64,000 nt of DNA from Bacteroidota bacterium (GTDB lineage: Bacteria > Bacteroidota > Bacteroidia > AKYH767-A > 2013-40CM-41-45). Below the pieces are notes generated by a model. It was not told where the DNA came from, searched no databases, and saw only the letters and a list, made by a program, of their open reading frames with translations. Made by a program: the position numbers and the translations under genes. Within the stretch, counting starts at the first letter, position 1; the number at the start of each line of letters is the position of its first letter. Location: the NCBI GenBank assembly GCA_031417395.1, contig JANOVM010000024.1, positions 1,491-65,490 of the forward strand. The letters run 5' to 3'. Positions 1 to 9,301 of the stretch are shown in pieces.

Positions 1-1
1 A

Positions 2-2884
2 GATAAAGTCTATTCACTTGGACAGCTTCCCGGCGCTGAAAAAGATCTGGATATTTACTTGTTGGACAATGCAGGTCATAGGCTCTTTGGATTCAATCGA
101 AATAATATTGGAGAAGACCCTATTGAAGTTTTACCTTTTCTTGTGCAGGGAAATACAACTGCAAACATAGTTATTACAGCTCCGCTTGGTACTCCTTCCA
201 TCCGCTTTAAATATGTTGTATTCCGTGGAGATCTTACCATTAACGAACATGTTTCGGGATCATCTACTATAGTTGGACAAGCGAATGCAGCAGGTGCTAT
301 GGCTGTGGGTGCAGCACTTTATTCTAATACACCTGCTTTTGGTGTTAATCCTCCTGAATTAGCTTCTTTTTCTTCCGGAGGCGGGGCATTTGTAGAAGGA
401 GGAGTTAGAACCAAGCCTGATTTTGTTGCTCCTAATGGAGTAAACACCACGGTGAATTTCGGAAGTCAGAATATTGATGGTGATGCTTTCCCCAACTTTT
501 TTGGAACTTCCTGTGCGGCTCCTCATGCAGGCGGCATTGGTACACTTATCATTTCCGCAAAAAAGAAATATTATCAAAATGGAATTCATCCGGATAGTCT
601 TAGAAATCTTTTAAGAAATACAGCACTAGACATGGGTCAGGCTGGATTTGATAGTAGTTCAGGTTTTGGATTTTTACGTGCAGATACAGCCCTGCAAACC
701 TTTGTTGCTCCCAGACCTCTCATTAATCAGTTAATACAAGATCCTCTTAAAATACCGGGTAAGCTTCCTTTTACAGCAACTCTTATAGGAAAATATTTTG
801 TTCCCACTTCAACTGTTTATTTAAGAGGTGTTGCTGTACCAACTACCTATGTTAATTCCTCAACAATAACGACATCTATTCCTATTTTTACCGGAAATCC
901 TCCTGTACAGGTTTATAACCCACCACTTTCACCTCTTAATAATGATGGAGGTTTTTCTGATCCGAAATTTTTTCTTGAAAATACCAGAAAGAAAATTACG
1001 GTTACAGCAGATTCAAAAACCAAAAAATATGGAGAAAAAAATTCCGTCTTGACACTGACTATTCTTGTCGATAATATTCCTTATCAAAATACCGTTTATT
1101 CCTTGCAGGATCTTGGACTGACAAATATTACTATCACAACCCAGGTCAACGATACAAGTATAATCGGTTTATATTTGATTAGACCTTCAATAGCTCCCCT
1201 GAACCCTACTATTCCCGCTCAGGCAAGTTTGTTAGAACAATTTACCTATGAATTTAAGGATGGAATTTTTTCCATCAATAAGATGCCTATTACAATTTCT
1301 CCAAGGGATACAACACTTACCTATGGTGATAAAATTAAGGACCTTCATTTTAATTATGTTTACAATGATGCAAATATTGATATAAGTATAAAAGCAGCAT
1401 TTCTTAATTCTATTAAAAATACACATCTTTCTTCAATGGACACGGCTTTAGTAGTTGTCGATAAATATGAATTGATCAATGGCAGAGGTGTGTTGAATTC
1501 GGATTTATCTGGCCTTGGAGTGCTTGTAACTGAAAGATCCATTGTTAATGGCAAGGGAGTTTTAAACAGGCCTGTTTTTGGTAATTCATTTTCCTATGAT
1601 ACAACAATTGCAATTGACGTTTCTCCAAAATCAATTTTTGATTATCAGGTTTCTCCCGATACTGCCCAGCTCGTAAATGGAAGAGGTGTACTGAATGGAA
1701 GAGGTGTGTTAAACGGAAGAGGTGTATTGAATGGAAGAGGTGTGTTGAATGGACGAGGTGTATTGAATGGAAGAGGTGTATTGAATTCCATAACAATTAA
1801 CGACAGTACAAATGGTAATGTAATAATGGTAATTGACACTACTGATATTATTATTGCATCAAACGATTCAATATTTTTCAAATCGGCAAACCTTATTACC
1901 GGCTTTCATGCAGGATTACAAACTATCGTCCCTGCTGCATTTTTATCCGGAAATTTCGATATCACCTATGGCTTGGGTACTTTAACTATTCTTCCTGCTC
2001 CACTTACATTAATAGCGAGAGACACATCTGTATACCAAAATTCACCTCTGAATTTAACTTCTGATTTGTCGGGTTTTCAATACAATGATTCAGTAAATTT
2101 CACGTTTGCTTCAGGCCCTACCTACATAGTAAAGGATAATCTCAATAATACTATAAATCAAAATAATATTCCTATAGGCACATTTTCCATTCAACCCAAT
2201 GCTGTCCTGAACGCTGATCCGAATTATTCTTTGATTAAAGTAAATGGTAGTTTGATTGTTAAGCCAAGGCTTACCCTTAACACAAAGATTTTCATTGAGG
2301 GATTTTATTCCGGCAATGGTCTTATGGACAACAGCGGGCAAGGTGGCTGTTTATTTCTGCATGGTACTACTGCAAATGCAAATGATGTTGATACAGTATT
2401 TATCAGCCTTGTTAGTCCGGTGTCATTTGAATTGGCCGATTCCCAGGCAGTAATTTTAAAAACTAATGGAAATACCATTGCAAGTATTGGCGGAAAGGTT
2501 GTATCAGGAAATGGATACTATATTAAAATCAACCATAGGAACTCCATTGAATCGTGGAGCTCAAATCTTGTTACTATTGGAGCGGTTACTAATTATGATT
2601 TTACAGTAAATCAATTTAATGCTTATGGTGGCAACATGATTGAAACCTATGATCAAATGGGATGGGCTATCTTTAGCGGAGATATTTCAGATCCGAATTT
2701 TGGAGTGGGTTTTCAAGATGGAATAATAGAGTCACAGGATTATTCGGATATGGAAAATGCTGTTTATCTAACAAGTATTGGTTACCTTCCTGAGGATATA
2801 ACAGGTGATAATATTGTTGAATCGTCAGATTATTCTATTATGGAAAATGCCGTGTATTATACCAGAGCCATTTTGCGTCCCTGA
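2..2884 (+). CDS. Secreted subtilisin-like (S8) serine protease with IPT/TIG and MBG-like Ig domains, an NGRGVL repeat and a dockerin-like C-terminal domain (5' end outside window)
   Basis: The frame is open from base 2 (DKVYSLGQLPG...). Catalytic Ser motif FFGTSCAAPH and the KPDFVAP S8 motif are present. TADSKTKKYGE and DTTLTYGD are MBG-like. The C-terminus has GDISD...DGIIESQDY / DITGDNIVESSDY EF-hand/dockerin-like repeats. Confidence 0.85.
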   Translation, partial: DKVYSLGQLPGAEKDLDIYLLDNAGHRLFGFNRNNIGEDPIEVLPFLVQGNTTANIVITAPLGTPSIRFKYVVFRGDLTINEHVSGSSTIVGQANAAGAMAVGAALYSNTPAFGVNPPELASFSSGGGAFVEGGVRTKPDFVAPNGVNTTVNFGSQNIDGDAFPNFFGTSCAAPHAGGIGTLIISAKKKYYQNGIHPDSLRNLLRNTALDMGQAGFDSSSGFGFLRADTALQTFVAPRPLINQLIQDPLKIPGKLPFTATLIGKYFVPTSTVYLRGVAVPTTYVNSSTITTSIPIFTGNPPVQVYNPPLSPLNNDGGFSDPKFFLENTRKKITVTADSKTKKYGEKNSVLTLTILVDNIPYQNTVYSLQDLGLTNITITTQVNDTSIIGLYLIRPSIAPLNPTIPAQASLLEQFTYEFKDGIFSINKMPITISPRDTTLTYGDKIKDLHFNYVYNDANIDISIKAAFLNSIKNTHLSSMDTALVVVDKYELINGRGVLNSDLSGLGVLVTERSIVNGKGVLNRPVFGNSFSYDTTIAIDVSPKSIFDYQVSPDTAQLVNGRGVLNGRGVLNGRGVLNGRGVLNGRGVLNGRGVLNSITINDSTNGNVIMVIDTTDIIIASNDSIFFKSANLITGFHAGLQTIVPAAFLSGNFDITYGLGTLTILPAPLTLIARDTSVYQNSPLNLTSDLSGFQYNDSVNFTFASGPTYIVKDNLNNTINQNNIPIGTFSIQPNAVLNADPNYSLIKVNGSLIVKPRLTLNTKIFIEGFYSGNGLMDNSGQGGCLFLHGTTANANDVDTVFISLVSPVSFELADSQAVILKTNGNTIASIGGKVVSGNGYYIKINHRNSIESWSSNLVTIGAVTNYDFTVNQFNAYGGNMIETYDQMGWAIFSGDISDPNFGVGFQDGIIESQDYSDMENAVYLTSIGYLPEDITGDNIVESSDYSIMENAVYYTRAILRP
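1676..1783 (+). repeat. Six tandem 18-bp coding repeats (AAYGGAMGAGGTGTRYTR) encoding (NGRGVL)6
   Basis: Read directly. The copies differ only at synonymous positions. Two further dispersed copies (NGRGVLN, NGKGVLN) lie at ~1478 and ~1547. Confidence 0.95.
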
Positions 2885-2885
2885 T

Positions 2886-3476
2886 TTAAAAATCATTGTT
2901 CTTAATCTTAATCAGGTTTTCTTCTTTTTTACTATTTCTTAAATTATTCGCAGTTTTAGTAAAATATTTATGTGATTCTAGAAATTTTATCTGCATTTTT
3001 TTCCATTCATTCTCATCGTTCAGTAATCCAAAATACTTGAATTCTTTAAAAACATTTTGAGAAATTGGAAAATAATCATCCCTGCCCAGGTAATCCAGAT
3101 CTGCATCGCAGATTATCTGACCGAGTTTATCTTTCGGTTTTTGGGGAACCTGGGTCGCAAGTATCAATTCACATATTTTTTCAATTGCTTCTGCTTTAAT
3201 CCCTTCAGAAGAGAGTATTTTTCGGGCAATTGAACAGCTTTTTTGTTCATGGTTTTCCCTGGAATGGATGTATCCCATGTCGTGAAATACGGCTGCGGTT
3301 TTTAATAATAACATTTCATCCAAACTTACATTTTCTCCTTTTGCGATTTGCTCAGCAGCATGCAATACATCCAGCGTATGTTCATAGCTGTGATAAGAAA
3401 GCTCAGGAGGAAGCTCCTGCTTTAGTATATCCAGCATCCTGCTTTGTATATCCAAAAGTATTTGATGGGATGTCAT
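2886..3476 (-). CDS. HD-superfamily metal-dependent phosphohydrolase (PDE-like)
   Basis: YHSYEHT...FHDMG...HE...CDADLDYLG motifs. Confidence 0.85.
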   Translation of the reverse strand: MTSHQILLDIQSRMLDILKQELPPELSYHSYEHTLDVLHAAEQIAKGENVSLDEMLLLKTAAVFHDMGYIHSRENHEQKSCSIARKILSSEGIKAEAIEKICELILATQVPQKPKDKLGQIICDADLDYLGRDDYFPISQNVFKEFKYFGLLNDENEWKKMQIKFLESHKYFTKTANNLRNSKKEENLIKIKNNDF

Positions 3477-3527
3477 TTGTCAAATTTAAAATTAATATAT
3501 TTACATTTTCAATTTTGGAAAAAAAAT

Positions 3528-4835
3528 ATGTCAGACCAGCAGATTCCTTTTGAATTTATTGTTTCCGTACTAAAGCAGGTCGAAATATTTAGAAATATTC
3601 CCCTGGAAGTTGTCAAGGAATTGGGAAAAAAAATGCTCATATCCAACCTGGATGCTGATGAGAGCATCATTAAACAGGGCGATAAAGGAAGCAGTATGTA
3701 TGTTATCCTTAAAGGGCAGGTAAAGGTTCATGATAAAGAATATTCAATTGCCAATTTACCGGAGGGCAGTTTTTTTGGAGAATTTTCTCTACTGGATGAT
3801 GAACCCAGGTCCTTATCTGTTACTACGATTGATCCCTCTATAATAGGTAATATATTACAGGTAGACTTCTATTCGATTATAAATAAGTACCCTGAAATCA
3901 CACGGGATATTATTAAAGTCATGCTGAAAAGATTAAGAAATCAAAATCAGCAGATTATAGGTCAGTTAAGACAGAAGCAGATGGAATTGGAGCAGCTTGT
4001 TAAAGAAAGAACTAGCGATCTGCGAAAAAAGAATATTGACCTTGAAAAAACTCTGAACGAATTGAAGAGAACCCAGGAGCAGCTTGTCCAACAGGAAAAA
4101 CTGGCTTCCCTTGGACAAATCACTGCGGGAATTGCTCATGAAATCCAGAACCCTCTTAATTTTATTAATAATTTTTCTTCTTTATCGAAGGAGCTAGCCG
4201 ATGAAATTATTATTGAAAAGGACAATGAAGAGCAATTGGATATTATTTCTGACTTGAAATTTAACCTTTCCAGAATTGAAGACCATGGTAAAAGAGCAGA
4301 TGGAATTGTCAAAGCAATGCTTCTTCATAGTCAGTCTACAAAAGGCGAAAAACAACCCTCTGACATTTGTTCTTTGTGCGAGCAATCCCTAAATCTTGCT
4401 TTCAACAGTCTGGATGGAACTATGAAGAATCTCAACTTCCTTGTAACTAAAAATTATGAAGATAATATTCCGCAGGTTAAAGTAATTCCACAGGAATTAT
4501 GCCGTGTTTTGATTAACTTAATTAACAATGCGTATTATTCCATCAATGAGAAGATGAAAAAAACAGTTACTTCATATTCCCCTTCTCTGATTCTGGAAGT
4601 TAAAAATAAAAGTGGTTCGGTGTGGATTACCGTTCGCGATAATGGCACAGGAATTCCTGATACGAATAAGAAGAGAATTTTTCAACCGTTTTTTACTACA
4701 AAACCTACCGGACAAGGTACCGGTCTCGGATTAAGTTCCGGTAATGAAATCGTAAAGCTTCATGGCGGAGAAATGAAATTCGACAGCCGTGAAAATGAAT
4801 ATGCTGAATTTTCGATTCGTTTGCCATTGAACTAA
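3528..4835 (+). CDS. Cyclic-nucleotide-binding domain / coiled-coil / histidine kinase (cytoplasmic sensor kinase)
   Basis: cNMP-binding motif GSFFGEFSLL..EPRS; H-box AGIAHEIQNPL; N, G1, F and G2 boxes (NLINNA, DNGTG, FQPFFTTK, GTGLGL). The ATG at 3528 is preferred because the 3444 start overlaps the divergent HD gene. Confidence 0.9.
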   Translation: MSDQQIPFEFIVSVLKQVEIFRNIPLEVVKELGKKMLISNLDADESIIKQGDKGSSMYVILKGQVKVHDKEYSIANLPEGSFFGEFSLLDDEPRSLSVTTIDPSIIGNILQVDFYSIINKYPEITRDIIKVMLKRLRNQNQQIIGQLRQKQMELEQLVKERTSDLRKKNIDLEKTLNELKRTQEQLVQQEKLASLGQITAGIAHEIQNPLNFINNFSSLSKELADEIIIEKDNEEQLDIISDLKFNLSRIEDHGKRADGIVKAMLLHSQSTKGEKQPSDICSLCEQSLNLAFNSLDGTMKNLNFLVTKNYEDNIPQVKVIPQELCRVLINLINNAYYSINEKMKKTVTSYSPSLILEVKNKSGSVWITVRDNGTGIPDTNKKRIFQPFFTTKPTGQGTGLGLSSGNEIVKLHGGEMKFDSRENEYAEFSIRLPLN

Positions 4836-5085
4836 TTTTTAACTGTGAGATTTTATTTATTTTCATTTACTCCGTTTGCTTTTTTTACAAAATGATCCAA
4901 TCCCTTACAGTTACTCTGTTAGTTAGTAACTCAAAATTGCTTGTATCGTATTCAAGTAAATAAATAATGCCCATTTTTATTTATTTCTGTAAAGTGTCAT
5001 TTAATTTATTTTAAATGATTTCAGATGTATTTGTAAAGGTACTAAGTGAATTGTGGAAATATTTCGATTTTAATTTTAAGATGCT

Positions 5086-8000
5086 ATGAATAATAAAAAC
5101 AAGATTAATACTAATCTGCCTTTGCCGTACAATGAAAAGGAAAGGTTAGAGGCGCTAAAGAGTTATAACATTCTCGATACCCTGCCGGAATCTGTACTTG
5201 ATTCAATAACAAAACTGGCATCAAATATTTGTAAAACGCCAATTGCCTTGATAAGCCTTATAGATGAAAACCGCCAATGGTTTAAATCAAATATTGGACT
5301 GAAGGTTAGTGAAACTCCTCGCGATATTTCTTTTTGTCAATATGCTATAATGAATGACATAGTTTATGAAGTTAAGGACGCTACTAAAAACAAATTATTT
5401 GTAAATAATCCCTTGGTAACTCACGACCCCAAAATAAGATTTTATGCCGGGGCACCCTTAACGGATCCGGATGGAAATAACCTGGGAACTCTGTGTGTAA
5501 TAAATACTGTCCCCGGCCAACTTACGGATGAACAAAAAGAATCCCTGCAATTACTGGCTAATTCAGTAGTTGCTCATGTGCGTTTGCAAAAAAATAATGC
5601 TGAGTTAAAAGAGTCGAAAAGAGTGCTGAGAAACTTTTTTGACTTGTCGCCTGATTTTATGTGTACAGCTTCTGCAGAAGGTTTCTTTTTGAACATAAAC
5701 CAGAGCTTTACACGAAAGCTTGGTTATTCCAAAGAGGAATTGTTAAATAAATCTTTTTTTCATTTTATTCATCCTGACGATTTTCAAAATACATTAAATG
5801 AATTGAAGAATCTTAAAAATGGGGAATCCACAATTGAATTTGAAAATAGATATAGAAAAAATGATGGATCTTATATTTGGGTAAGCTGGAACGCCTCACC
5901 GGATAAGGTCAATGGTTTAATTTATGCAACAGCAAGAGATGTAACAGAGCAAAAAAATGCTCAGGTAATTATTGGAAAAAGTGAGGAGTCTTTAAACAGA
6001 GCCCAAAGTATTGCAAAAATTGGCAGCTGGGAGTTTAACCTTTCCACTTTTGATTTAACATGGTCAAAGGAACATTACAAAATATTTGAACTGGAAGAAA
6101 TGCCATCGGATAAACTTTATGAAGCATACAAAAATAAAATTCATCCCGACGATATTCCACAACTTGATTTGAATGTAAAGAATGCCATAGAAAAAGGAGA
6201 AGGTTTTACCTATGAGCACAGAGTAATTTGCAAAAATGGTACTATCAAGTATGTTGTAGGGATTGGCGAGGCTTGTATGGATGAACATGGGAAACCTGTT
6301 ATTCTTAGAGGAACAGTACAGGATATTACGGAACGTGTATTGTCTGAACAAAAAATCAAAGAAAGCGAAGAGTCTCTTAATAATGCTCAGCAAATTTCAA
6401 AAACCGGCAGCTGGGAATTCAATCTTGAAAACAATGAATTGAAATGGTCAAAAGAGCTATACAGAATTTTTGAAATGGAAGAGGCTCCGGCGGCTGATTT
6501 ATTTGAATTATGCAGAAAGAAAATATATCCTGAAGATATTGCCTTGCTCGATAAAGCAATAAGTTTTGCCATCGAAAATGGTGAAGCAATGAACCTGGAG
6601 CATCGGATAGTAAGCTACGATGGAAGTATTAAACATTTGCTTGGAATTGGAAAAGTATACAAAAACGAAAAAGGCAAATCGATTTTGCTTCGCGGAACGG
6701 TTCAGGATGTTACTGAAAGTAAAAGAATAGAAAGAGAATTAATTCGTTCCAAGGAATTAGCAGAACAGGCTGTAATAGCAAAAAATTCTTTCCTGGCTAA
6801 TATGAGTCATGAAATACGAACTCCCATGAATGCTATCATAGGTTTCACGGATTTACTTGGCCAAACTAGGCTGGATAATGTGCAAAACGAATTTGTTGAA
6901 TCTGTAAGGAATGCCGGTGAAAACCTTTTGTCAATAATTAACGACATTCTCGACTTTTCAAAAATTGAATCCGGTAAGCTTTCTATTGAAGAACAGCCTT
7001 TCAAAATTCGTGAAACGTTTAAGAATATACATAAATTATTAAAGGTAAAGGCCGATGAAAAACAATTACAATTTGTTTTGAATATTGATAAGGATGTTCC
7101 GGATGTTGTTTGCGGCGACTGTGTGCGTTTAACTCAGATCATGATAAATCTTGCCGGAAATTCTATTAAGTTCACGGAATCAGGATGCATTAGTATTAAT
7201 GTTACTAAATCAGGTAGAGGCGATTCTGTAAAAAACATAAATTTTTCTGTAAAGGACACAGGTATTGGTATTCCTGAGGATAAACTTGAAACCATTTTTG
7301 AAAGGTTTACTCAGGTTAATAATGAGACACATAGAAAATATGGTGGCACTGGCTTAGGACTAAGTATTTCCAAAAGCCTTGTTGAACTAATGGGAGGCAC
7401 ATTAAAAGTTACCTCAGCAATTAACAGAGGATCGGAATTTTCATTTGGACTTAAATTTCAAACAGCAGAAGAAGCGAATTTATATACTAAAAGTAAAGAA
7501 GTTGTCGTTAGAAAACACCTGGGTCATTCTGCCATTCTTGTTTTTGAAGACAATATGCTAAATCAACGACTTGTAAAAAATGTATTAAACAATTTTGGTT
7601 TCGAAGTAGAACTTGCTTCCAATGGAAAAGCAGGATTAGAGTGTTTGATGAAGAGTAGTTATGATGTTATATTAATGGATCTTCAAATGCCTGATCTGGA
7701 CGGTTACATGGTTACCGATGCCATTAGAAATGACTTGAAAATTAAAACCCCAATTATAGCTATGACTGCCCATTCAATGTCCGGTGAAAGAGAGAAATGC
7801 CTGTCTTATGGCATGAATGATTATCTCTCCAAACCATTCAAACAGGAAGAATTGTTCCAAAAAATTTCTGATTTATTATTTAAAATTTCTGAACTTATTG
7901 AAATTGACAATTACGATGGTGGTCATTCGATAAAAAAATCTTACAATCTAGATTATTTAAGAGAGTTATCAGCCGGAAATAAAGGATTTGAAAAGGAGAT

Positions 8001-8283
8001 GATAGAAATATTTATTAGCAAAGTATCTACAGATATTGAATTACTCTCCTTGGCTTTAGATAGAAAAGATTATAAAGCTGTTAAAGATCAGGCACATGAG
8101 TTAATATCATCATTGCCTATAGCCGGATTGACAGATTTGGAACCATCTTTAAAAGAAGTCGAAATTGAAGCGGGCAAAAAAATAATAAATAAAGAAACAT
8201 ATTTAAAGTTCGAAAAAATTAAGGTAAGATTAAATGAATGCTTCCCGGAGCTTAAAAAGGTATTGATTGAAGAGTATAATTAA
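5086..8283 (+). CDS. Hybrid sensor histidine kinase GAF-PAS-PAS-PAS-HisKA-HATPase-REC-HPt
   Basis: GAF (ERLEAL..YNILDT, RFYAGAPL); three PAS/PAC domains; FLANMSHEIRTPMN; GGTGLGLSI; REC (LMDLQMPDLDG, KPF); HPt-like C-terminus (QAHEL). Confidence 0.93.
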   Translation: MNNKNKINTNLPLPYNEKERLEALKSYNILDTLPESVLDSITKLASNICKTPIALISLIDENRQWFKSNIGLKVSETPRDISFCQYAIMNDIVYEVKDATKNKLFVNNPLVTHDPKIRFYAGAPLTDPDGNNLGTLCVINTVPGQLTDEQKESLQLLANSVVAHVRLQKNNAELKESKRVLRNFFDLSPDFMCTASAEGFFLNINQSFTRKLGYSKEELLNKSFFHFIHPDDFQNTLNELKNLKNGESTIEFENRYRKNDGSYIWVSWNASPDKVNGLIYATARDVTEQKNAQVIIGKSEESLNRAQSIAKIGSWEFNLSTFDLTWSKEHYKIFELEEMPSDKLYEAYKNKIHPDDIPQLDLNVKNAIEKGEGFTYEHRVICKNGTIKYVVGIGEACMDEHGKPVILRGTVQDITERVLSEQKIKESEESLNNAQQISKTGSWEFNLENNELKWSKELYRIFEMEEAPAADLFELCRKKIYPEDIALLDKAISFAIENGEAMNLEHRIVSYDGSIKHLLGIGKVYKNEKGKSILLRGTVQDVTESKRIERELIRSKELAEQAVIAKNSFLANMSHEIRTPMNAIIGFTDLLGQTRLDNVQNEFVESVRNAGENLLSIINDILDFSKIESGKLSIEEQPFKIRETFKNIHKLLKVKADEKQLQFVLNIDKDVPDVVCGDCVRLTQIMINLAGNSIKFTESGCISINVTKSGRGDSVKNINFSVKDTGIGIPEDKLETIFERFTQVNNETHRKYGGTGLGLSISKSLVELMGGTLKVTSAINRGSEFSFGLKFQTAEEANLYTKSKEVVVRKHLGHSAILVFEDNMLNQRLVKNVLNNFGFEVELASNGKAGLECLMKSSYDVILMDLQMPDLDGYMVTDAIRNDLKIKTPIIAMTAHSMSGEREKCLSYGMNDYLSKPFKQEELFQKISDLLFKISELIEIDNYDGGHSIKKSYNLDYLRELSAGNKGFEKEMIEIFISKVSTDIELLSLALDRKDYKAVKDQAHELISSLPIAGLTDLEPSLKEVEIEAGKKIINKETYLKFEKIKVRLNECFPELKKVLIEEYN

Positions 8284-8291
8284 TTAAAAAA

Positions 8292-8999
8292 ATGGATTCA
8301 GAAAAATATATGAAGTGCATTATTGTTGATGATAATATTCTTGCATTAAAAGCAACGGAACAGTTTGTGCAAAAGGTTGATTATCTAACCTTGGCCGGTA
8401 CATTCGGTAATCCCGTCAGCGCTCTTTCCTTTATTTCTCAAAATAAGGTTGATCTTGTATTTTTAGATGTTGAAATGCCTGAAATGAACGGCATTGAATT
8501 TCTTAAATCTCTTAAACATCCTGCTCCTCAAATTATCCTGACTACCACCCATAAAGACTATGCTCCGGAAGCGTTTGAGCATAATGTGACCGATTATCTT
8601 GTTAAGCCTATTGTTCACTCACGTTTCATGAACTCAGTTTCAAAAGCTAAAATGGTATTTGATAATCAAAGAAGGGACTTTGTAGATAGTGAAGCCGCTT
8701 TTATTAAAAAGGGCAGCTCTATAATTAAAGTAAATAAATCGGATGTCCTCTGGATTGAAAGTCTGGGCGATTACGTTACTCTGAATACAGAAAGTGAAAA
8801 ACATGTCGTGCATTCAACCATGCAGGAGATTATGGAAAAATTTCCGGAAAAGGATTTTATTCGTGTTCATCGTTCTTTCATTATAAGGATTAATAAGATC
8901 GAAAATATCGAAGATGATCTTATTCATTATGGCAAACAACTGATTCCAATTGGAAAAACATACAGACAAGAAGTTTTTAAACGACTAAATTTACTTTAA
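8292..8999 (+). CDS. LytTR-family response regulator
   Basis: REC (VDD, FLDVEMP, YLVKP) plus the LytTR motif FIRVHRSFII. Confidence 0.95.
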   Translation: MDSEKYMKCIIVDDNILALKATEQFVQKVDYLTLAGTFGNPVSALSFISQNKVDLVFLDVEMPEMNGIEFLKSLKHPAPQIILTTTHKDYAPEAFEHNVTDYLVKPIVHSRFMNSVSKAKMVFDNQRRDFVDSEAAFIKKGSSIIKVNKSDVLWIESLGDYVTLNTESEKHVVHSTMQEIMEKFPEKDFIRVHRSFIIRINKIENIEDDLIHYGKQLIPIGKTYRQEVFKRLNLL

Positions 9000-9053
9000 T
9001 AGTTTTATTGTTTTCGGCTGGAAAGCAATTATTGGTGAATTATTTATAAATTA

Positions 9054-9083
9054 AAGAATGCACGAACTTGTTCGTGCATTCTT
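9054..9083 (+). terminator. Perfect inverted repeat after the LytTR gene, likely terminator
   Basis: AAGAATGCACGAA-CTTG-TTCGTGCATTCTT. Confidence 0.75.
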
Positions 9084-9200
9084 CATTTAGTCCTGTTTCA
9101 TATTTTTTATGATGAAAATTCAGTATAGTATTCATTAATTGATTATTTTCTAATTTATACGACATATATATCTGGAAATCAATATTATATAATCATTTTT

Positions 9201-9251
9201 TTTACCGACGATTTGCCCCCCTTTATCGAAGTAAATGCTCTCTTTAACGAA
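9201..9251 (+). promoter_or_regulatory. Putative LytTR operator: three 9-bp direct repeats with 21-bp period
   Basis: TTTACCGAC (9201), TTTATCGAA (9222), TTTAACGAA (9243). The 9+12 bp architecture is typical of LytTR sites, and the LytTR gene is adjacent. Confidence 0.7.
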
Positions 9252-9301
9252 TTTATATTATGGGCTATGGTTACGGTCGTAAACTAGCATAAAATTAAAT
9301 A

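Noticed and set aside
1360-1881. Antisense ORFs with (FNTPLP)n or (HLFHSI)n repeats
   Set aside because: They are shadows of the NGRGVL repeat; variation is synonymous only in the + frame.
2886-3476. Pycsar/CBASS anti-phage system
   Set aside because: It is an HD domain only, with no cyclase or TM/TIR effector nearby, and the neighbours are signalling kinases.
3444-3527. Longer start for the cNMP kinase
   Set aside because: It overlaps the divergent HD gene start; the ATG at 3528 gives a normal domain boundary.
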